DNA of 63,781 nucleotides, filler included, from Collodictyon triciliatum (lineage: Eukaryota): the NCBI GenBank assembly GCA_043381765.1. It is 23 parts of 23 records of this genome, joined end to end, with 100 filler letters (N's around TTAATTAATTAA, not from the genome) between each part and the next. Parts side by side here need not be neighbours in the genome. Positions count along the whole stretch, not along the records: positions 55,985 to 58,677 come from JBHJMP010008436.1; positions 58,778 to 61,527 come from JBHJMP010008437.1; positions 61,628 to 63,781 come from JBHJMP010008481.1; 20 more parts are not named here. The stretch is one strand, 5' to 3'. Numbering within the stretch: the first letter of the stretch is position 1; every line of letters starts with the position of its first letter. A program made the translations under genes and the position numbers. Below the pieces are notes generated by a model. That model did no database searches. It saw nothing but the letters and a program-made list of their open reading frames with translations, and was not told the origin of the DNA. This document shows positions 55,885 to 63,781 of the stretch, piece by piece.

Positions 55885-56242
55885 NNNNNNNNNNNNNNNN
55901 NNNNNNNNNNNNNNNNNNNNNNNNNNNNTTAATTAATTAANNNNNNNNNNNNNNNNNNNNNNNNNNNNNNNNNNNNNNNNNNNNAAAAGAAAAAAAGAAA
56001 AAAAGAAAAAAAGAAAAAAAGAAAAAAAGAAAAAAAGAAAAAAAGAAAAAAAGAAAAAAAAGAAAAAAAGAAAAAAGAAAAAAAGAAAGAAAAAAAAAAG
56101 GAGAACGCAAGAAAACTCCCACCCCTCCCCACCGCGCAACATCTCTAAAACCCCATCGACCATAGCCCACTTTGAATCGAATAAAAAAAAAACAAGCAAA
56201 CACGCAAACAAACAGCCTCACCCACAACAGCCGGCCCCCCAC

Positions 56243-58577
56243 ATGGCAGAACCACGCACCCGCACACCCGCACACACAGCCCCAAACGCTTCTGCACGTC
56301 TCAACACACAGCAGACAAACCCGGAGCCCAAGAAAGGGGCGCTCAAAAAATACACACACACGCTCAAAGGCTGGGACACGCGCATCTTCCACCTGGACGC
56401 CACTGGGTTGTGGTACACACATCCTGGCGAGAGAGACACAACAAAGACGCGCTTCATCCCGCTGCTCAGCGCATCCATCACCGTGTCCACAGAGGACGGC
56501 ACACGCTTCGACATCAAGACACCCACGCACTCATACAAGCTGCGCGCAGCAAACGCACAGGAGCGGCGCCAATGGCTCACGCAACTGCGGCTCACCCAGC
56601 AGCAGCTGCGCATCGCCCATCCAGACCCAGCTTCATCACTTCTCTACGAGCCACCCAGCCGCTCGCCATCCAGTGCGCGGGCCACTTATCCGGGGCCGGG
56701 CATTCTGCGCCCAGTCACCGGCCTGACCGACCCGAGCGCATCGGCCATGCCACTCTCAGCATCAGCATCAGCATCAGCATCTGCCTCCACTACTACCATC
56801 CACACGCTCTCGCACCTGACGCATCAGTCGCCGTCTCAGCTGCACGCACACGAGACGGCCTCTGCCCCGGCCTCGGCGCATTCCTCCTTGGTTGCTCGCC
56901 GCATTCGGGCGCAGGAGTATGCGTTTGCCAAGGAGCTGCAGGAGCTGCAGGAGCTCGCCTGGAAGTCCGGCTCTGCTGACATCTACCAAAAGACCCAGCG
57001 CTTAGCCCAAACGCAGCGTGACTTGCGCGACGCTGTGCAAGAAACCTTGAAAGCCTATCAGAGTGCAGATCTCGATGAGATGCGCTCTGCAAAACCACCG
57101 GTGGCCGTGCAGAGGCAGCCTCAGTCGTCCCCGAGTTTCGCTGTGGAGCGCACAAAGATTTGGACGCAAACCATCCCATATCCGCCCGTCTTGGATATCT
57201 CAGACTCTGCTCGCCCAAAGGAAGGTCGTTACGTCGGTCGGAAATCCTTTGACCTCAGTCAGTCAGGAGGAGAGCTCGACTTTGATTCAGAGTCCCATAG
57301 AAACCCATCGCGCTCTTTTCATCAGAGCACGGCAGACGTCACTCGTCAAGAAGCACTCCATAGCTTCTCAGGGAAGGAAAATAGAGACACCGTCCACACA
57401 AGTCGCGACGCCAGCACAAGAATGGACGCTGGGAGTCCAGACGAAGATGACTCTCTGATTCTGTCCGATATTGACGAAGGAACTGAGGAAGCTGCTCACG
57501 AGGTAATTAAAATCACAAGCAACTCGTTTCTGCCTCGCTCTTTACATGGGATGAACATATGGCGCGACCGGCTGCCAGCTAATCGCCCGTCTGTTCGTGA
57601 GTTTGGGCTGTGGAATATATTCAAGGATGCTGTGGGTAAGGACTTGACTCGGATCACCATTCCCATGATACTATGCGAGCCCATCACGTTTCTACAGCGA
57701 ATCAGTGAGGATATTGAGTACTCTTCAACACTGGACAAGGCAGCAGCCATCGGCAAGACTGACCCATTCCTGCAGCTGGGTTATATCGCAGGGTTTGCCG
57801 TGTCCGTCTACTGCTCGACAGCTGGACGTGTTCTGAAGCCGCTAAATCCGCTGCTTTTTGAAACTTACGAGAGCATTCGCCCAGACAGAGGCTTGATGTT
57901 GATTGCAGAGCAGGTGAGCCACCACCCACCCATCGGTGTGGCCACCTGCATCTCGGATTCTGGCTGGCAACTGACCTATGATTCCGACATGGTAAGTCGC
58001 TTTTGGGGCAAATCCATGGAGATTCGGCCGACCGGCTTGTGCCACTTGCATATCCCAGCCACCAACGACCATTTCTCATGGAACAAAGCACAGGCCAATG
58101 TAAACAACGTACTTCTCTCATCCCGCTGGATCGACTACGAAGGGGATGTCAGAATCAACAACCACCGCACAGGCCATCACTGTGTTCTCCGCTTCGTTCG
58201 CAAAGGCTGGTTTGCCGGGCCCACCTTTGAAGTGAAAGGCCAAGTGTACGATCCGGACGGAACCCCGCGGTTGGATTTATTTGGTGCATGGAACGAGGCT
58301 CTCACAGCATTCCCTACACACCCTAGTAACAGGATGGTGGATTCCCTTGACAAGCTACTGAAGCAGGAGTCCGACCCGAGTGTCCCAATCAATAAGGGCA
58401 CGGTTGTATGGGAGGCCAACGTGCGGCCTCCACATAGTGTCGATCAGTATCAGTTCACGGCTTTGACCATGCAACTCAACGAAATGGATCCAATCTCTAA
58501 GAATGGACTCTGCCCAACCGATGCTCGCCACCGCCCGGACATTCGCGCCTTAGAGGAAGGCGACATGGAAAGAGCCG
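56243..58577 (+). CDS. Oxysterol-binding protein-related protein (PH plus ORD); one 2.3-kb exon, gene continues beyond the contig
   Basis: PH domain KKGALKKYTHTLKGWDTRIF...ERRQWL; ORD motifs GKDLTRITIP, EPITFLQR, KPLNPLLFETYE, EQVSHHPP, PTDARHRPDIRALEEG; donor GTGCGT at 58578. Confidence 0.95.
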
Positions 58578-58777
58578 GTGCGTTACACTTTGACACAAAA
58601 CATCACTTTTTTTTTTTTTTTTAATGCAACCCCCTTACATCATCTTTGGTAAATGTTCAACCATCCTTTTCTTTTCGNNNNNNNNNNNNNNNNNNNNNNN
58701 NNNNNNNNNNNNNNNNNNNNNTTAATTAATTAANNNNNNNNNNNNNNNNNNNNNNNNNNNNNNNNNNNNNNNNNNNN

Positions 58778-58873
<96 letters not shown>

Positions 58874-60071
58874 CCTGCATTTTTTAAAAAATAGCGATAT
58901 GAAAGGTGTAGTGATTGTCATTCATGACAGGAAACCATTCGCAGTTTTTGTTATAGCAAAGGTCCATACATCAATTTTGCTTAATTTTTTGAGTATAGAA
59001 GGCCCTATTATAATAAGACAAAAAAATTGAATGAGAAAAAATTGGAGCCAAAGAGTGATGGAAGGCGATAGAAGAAGGTCATCAGATCAAGGTAACAATC
59101 AGGAAACGAGACTAACTGACCAGAAGCAATCTAAAGAGAGTGTAATGAGGTTAAATTAATCGTCTGGAGCAATCAAGGCTGAGTGCACAATACATATTGT
59201 TGTAAAAAAAAAAAGGGAAAATATGATCTGTAAAAAATGAAGACATAAATACACGAAAATAAAGAAAGCAGAAATTTGATAAAATAACTATGCTTTATGT
59301 GCAATCGTTACGAATACAATTTACCCGAATAAAACTGTGCGGTATCTTTTTCTGGGGATTTGCTCCACTTTACAGCGCATATTACTACAAGATTATCATG
59401 TAGGAAAGCGATGCTTGCTCTGATTGAGCAAAAAAAAAATACTCTATACTATTCGAAACAAAAAATACAAAATAAATAAAAGTAGCAAGTGGATAGAGGA
59501 CAACCTTGATATGTACCGTTCAAATGAAGCAGCAAGACCAATACACAACCAAATAATCTTTAAGCATCAAAGGCTTGTGTCACAAAACCAATATGTTAAC
59601 TATGCATTACCAAAAAGTTATTCATACTTCAATGAGCTATTACAAATAACATATTATTCTGGAGAGACTTAAACATATTACTTTTTTTTTTTTTTGGAAA
59701 AGGCTTGAGAGGAAGCATATTTGTGAGTTGTGAAATAACAATCAGGGAATTTTTTTGCTTTTGTGAGTGTAGATATTGTGATTCGTATTAAAGATAAAAA
59801 GAGTCGAAAATAAAAATAGCGTAGGTGACATATAGAAAAGAAAGTAATCTCATAAGAGACAGAGAAACACATACACAGGAATGCAAATAATTTTCAAATA
59901 AAAGAACGGGTTTACCTCTTCATGAGATATGTCACTAAATGTATAACTATTGGATGTAATTCTAATATGAAGACCCAAATCTATGCAATTCTCGATGGCC
60001 ATGGCATATTCCAAGCTGTTTCGATATAAAATCATCAGTCCGAATACCTACAAACTGGAGAAAATGAGTCG

Positions 60072-60842
60072 TTGGGCCAAAACCATGGCATTATAGACCC
60101 ACCGATAGTCAAAAGCTGGAAGCAAGCCCGTATATCTCAGCTACTCCCGAAACACCGCGCCCTACTTCTCAATATCTCCAAGAGAGAGCTGTGGATAGGC
60201 GCGCGTGTAGTTCATGTAGCAAGACCTCCCCAGAATACACCATTGCCACAGTGGAGACGACTTTATCGAACACACATTTGTGAAGTGCTCTCTTGCTCAA
60301 TAAGTGACAGAATCTACCCAAACAAGATGCTCTCTGAGCTTGATTACGCTCCCAACCGTCTCAGCGCATCTAACATCCTGTTTGGCCCACAATACCAAAT
60401 GACCCACGACTCTAGAATACTCTGGACAGTCACAAGGGGACATATGCTGTGGTTCTTATGGAGTGTGCGTGCATTCTCTCGCTCTAATGATTCACCCGAA
60501 CGAGAAATCAATGTATCCAGGCTTGAGAGCCTCGTGCAATACAGCTTCCTGAACAGCCTGCTGAAACACGCTCGCATTCTTCGCTACTCTGACCGCAAGC
60601 AAAGAGAGATATGGGAATGTGTCGTGCGATATCTCCCACAGCACATCCAACCCCTGCTACCCACTCAACCAATCAACCAGTTGGGACGCCCACCTGACCA
60701 GCTCGCTATCACTGATTTCTTTCCAGTGCTACCCTCTCCACCATAGCGTCTTCTACTCGCGTTTGCTCTCTCCCATGCGCTCCTATTTCGCTTCTTTTTA
60801 TGGCATAACCTTGTTGCACTTTGAATCGAATAAAGGAAAAAA
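60072..60842 (+). mobile_element. 5'-truncated L1/Tx1-like LINE, copy B (ORF2 C-terminus with frameshifted zf-RVT, 3' UTR, A-tail)
   Basis: SWKQARISQLLPKHRALL...LWIGAR; alternate-frame HCHSGDDFIEHTFVKCSLAQ; MLWFLWSVR; ends TTTGAATCGAATAAAGGAAAAAA. A second copy is at 11223. Confidence 0.85.
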
Positions 60843-61024
60843 CATGCCTTGGAATGAATGACATGATTCGGAATATCTATTATTATCAAAGGATAAAAAA
60901 TGAAATAATAATCGATGAATTGAAAACTGTTGAAAAATTAAATCAATTAGAACATTCAAATATTGCAAGTTTCTTAATAGAAAGTATAGTCAATTATTTA
61001 ATGTTTCTTTTATCTTTATATTGA

Positions 61025-61324
61025 TTAATCCAACAACGGATCAGATAATTGTTTTCCATTCTTCAGATTTTTCATCTTGACCAATGTTCGCTTGATTTCG
61101 CCACTTCTGAACAAAGGAATCACAAAAGCGATTGACGTAAAATAAAGCAGCCATATTGAGTTCGTTCCAATAAGCAAAACTGTAATCCACGATTGCGAGT
61201 CAAACAGAGTCGACATGAGCGAAAGGAAGAAGGACAAAAAAATAATGTAGAGGCTGGACAACTCCATCTGATTTTCGATTTTCGAGTTGTAAGGCTTGTA
61301 TTCTTTTTGCATCCAAATTGAGCT
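61025..61324 (-). CDS. Terminal exon of a TRP_C-like multi-pass membrane protein (paralogue of 45332-47375)
   Basis: ag|SSIWMQKEYKPYNSKIENQMELSSLYIIFLSFF...WITVLLIGTNSIWLLYF...PLFRS. Confidence 0.6.
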   Translation of the reverse strand, partial: SSIWMQKEYKPYNSKIENQMELSSLYIIFLSFFLSLMSTLFDSQSWITVLLIGTNSIWLLYFTSIAFVIPLFRSGEIKRTLVKMKNLKNGKQLSDPLLD

Positions 61325-61720
61325 CTAATAGTTTGTGCTTGATTTAGTATTTCATTTTCAAAAATTTTATCCCATATTGTGTCATATAAATAAATATTTA
61401 ATCAACCTGAATAACGATGATGAGAAGGACGAAAAAAACCGCTGGGCTTGTGTATGGAATGACACTGAGCACAAACGAAAAAGCGATGCGGCGTGCGATT
61501 ATGACAAACTCCCAATACTTGAAGGTCNNNNNNNNNNNNNNNNNNNNNNNNNNNNNNNNNNNNNNNNNNNNTTAATTAATTAANNNNNNNNNNNNNNNNN
61601 NNNNNNNNNNNNNNNNNNNNNNNNNNNTTTTTTCATTTTTTTTCATTTTTTTCATTTTTTTTATTTTTTTCTTTTTTTTTCGTTTTTTTTGTTTTTTTCT
61701 TTTTTTTTTTTTTTTTTTTG

Positions 61721-61752
<32 letters not shown>

Positions 61753-62025
61753 CAATTAGTGTAAAATGATGGGGCTTTTGCCCGTTGCGTTCGTTCACAA
61801 AAGCGAGAGCAAGTCATCAAGAAGGGGAAGAAAAAAAAAGAATAATGATAATAAAAAAATATAAAGGAATCATCACGACTTCGAGAATTTAAAAGCAAGA
61901 GACTGATCTATTTGGTCCTGAAACACACCTTTAATACAGACAAGTGTGTGGGTTATATAATGTAAGAGATATCTTGGAGTTTTTTGGGGCCCTCAAGAGA
62001 AGTTTATTTGAATTTTTCATATGTG

Positions 62026-63518
62026 CTAGGGTATTTCCTGTATTATGACTTTGTTGCCAACAAACATATCTTTTGTCGCCTGGTTGACGTGCTTATATAT
62101 ATGTAGAGGACTCTCCGCGGAATGTGCAAGGCAAGCAAGTTTTTTTCGAGATTTGCCCACCGTGTGCTCTTCAATGTTGTAAAGCACATGCTTTATCGAA
62201 TCGCCTATGATTGATTGCACCATAACTAATTCTACTACGTATACTCTCTGAACATCAGTTTCCGTCATGTAAGATTGAAATTCAGTTCTATCCTTCGCTA
62301 ATGTAGTGGCCAACTAGATGGTGATACATATTAAAGATATCTTCTAGAAATAAAGTATTACGACTTCAAAGCGCAATGATGGTTTGATTAATTGCTATTA
62401 CTTACCAAAAGCTTTGCAGGAATTCTCCCATCGATTAATGAAGCGTAATCACGCCTGGCATATTCAGCACTCCGTGAAACTAAAAGAATTGGTTTATTGC
62501 GAACTCGTTTCATTACCTCCAGAACAATACCAACTATACCCTTAGTTGGAGCCGATGCACGGTACATCTTCATGGTATTATGTGCCAAAGCCGCTGTTGT
62601 ATGGATAGCTATTTTATCGCCCTCAAAAGTGCGATACAGGTTTTCCATATGCGCTGTCACTGAGTCACATGTCATAATCAGTCTTACTGGCTTCATGGCC
62701 TGAATAAATTGTAGGAGTTGCACTGCCGAATCTGTGCTACATAATCTATCCATTCCTTCAAGTATGACTATCCTAACACAGCTAGGGTCTATTGCGTTTC
62801 GATCGACCAGATCACCGAGTCTTCCGATGGTACCGACGGCAACCTGACAACCTTCACGAAGCTCTTCTAGATTTCGATGGATATTTGTCCCTCCCACGCA
62901 CAAGCAAGTTTTTATTACCAATCTGCTGGCTATATCATCTAGTTTCTATGTTCAAGTTGACGCTAAGTTAAGTAAATATTTACAACATCCAAGGTGAAGA
63001 ATGGATATAACACACTGAGATGACACCAGATTTCCATTATATACATGGTATCTAGACAGTATGTGATATGTGGCTATGACAGTTCATCATTCTTTACATA
63101 AAGTTTACGCTTGACCATGAATTTATATATTGATGATTTGTGTGTGTTCTGTGACATAATTTGCATAATAACGATGATGATTTCCATTGGAAATGTGGAA
63201 GCATACCTGCTTTAGATACTGGCATCTTTCGCGAATAGGGCACACAATGATCGCTTGTACAGAGGGGTTCTCTGGTTGCACCTCGTTCAGACAGGCGAGA
63301 ATATACGAGAGGCTTTGCCCTTGCTTTGGAGGGCAGCGCAGTAGACAGGTTTCAACGCTCAGAAGAGCCTTGAGCGAGCACTCCTGGAAGGGTGTTGGAG
63401 TCTCGATTTTCAAGCTGGCCAATATAGCCAGAAGGCTGGGCTTGAGTGGTGCTTGAGAGAATGCAAGGAGAATCTGGTCTGTTGACGGTTTTACAAAGAC
63501 CACTCGTGATGTGTCCAT
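62026..63518 (-). CDS. eIF4A-like DEAD-box protein with degenerate catalytic motifs; 3 exons (63207-63518, 62406-62945, 62026-62313), 379 aa
   Basis: Q-motif ETPTPFQ, QAIIVCPIRER, VGGTNI, VAVGTIGRL. Walker A is CPPKQGQS and motif II is LEGMD. Both introns are phase-0 GT-AG. Confidence 0.8.
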
Positions 63519-63685
63519 TCCTATTCAGCTCTCTTGCTCTGATGTCACGGGTAAGCAAAATCTTGGTGATTGCTGTCTGTATGCTTTCAGAGGGGTTGGT
63601 GGCTTTTCTTCTTAGTTCCTTCGTTCGTTTATTGGCTTGGTTGCGTATTTGTTTACGTGCTTGTTTTCCCTTTCTTTACATGCGC

Positions 63686-63781
<96 letters not shown>

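Noticed and set aside
58990-60050. Exon-like segments on the minus strand upstream of the LINE copy
   Set aside because: I could not splice them into a stop-free frame. They may be a decayed gene, but no call is supportable.
60855-61024. Plus-strand ORF whose stop abuts the stop of the minus-strand membrane gene
   Set aside because: Short, AT-rich and without recognisable motifs; most simply the antisense of a 3' UTR.

Overview
The window is not one locus. It is 23 short (~2.7 kb) contigs, mostly in order of decreasing size, joined by artificial N44-TTAATTAATTAA-N44 spacers, so nothing can be inferred across the spacers. Most contigs come from an AT-rich, microsatellite-laden, intron-dense eukaryote that is probably flagellated (CFAP47), with GT-AG introns and a standard genetic code. 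Splicing the exons by hand gives partial or complete genes for a PARP, a TMX3-like PDI, a BRCA2 C-terminus, a RING-CH ligase, leishmanolysin, RING1 (PRC1), Alba, CFAP47, a DH-PH RhoGEF, TM9SF1, a bacterial-type 'sensor' membrane protein, PRL phosphatase, SEN15, RAD50, an OSBP-related protein and a DEAD-box-like protein with degenerate catalytic motifs. Four things stand out. (1) One intron-free contig looks like giant-virus or virophage DNA: a fibre-like gene, a Cys-rich gene, an AAAATTGA promoter motif and a stop-codon hairpin. (2) An L1/Tx1-like LINE has an ORF2 ending in a canonical PCNA-binding PIP box that appears to be under purifying selection. (3) Ultra-short (20-33 bp) copies of that LINE's 3' tip are scattered in non-coding DNA, three with clear 15-17 bp target-site duplications. 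(4) An intact eIF4A-like gene has lost all of its catalytic motifs. All gene identities come from motif recognition, not database searches.
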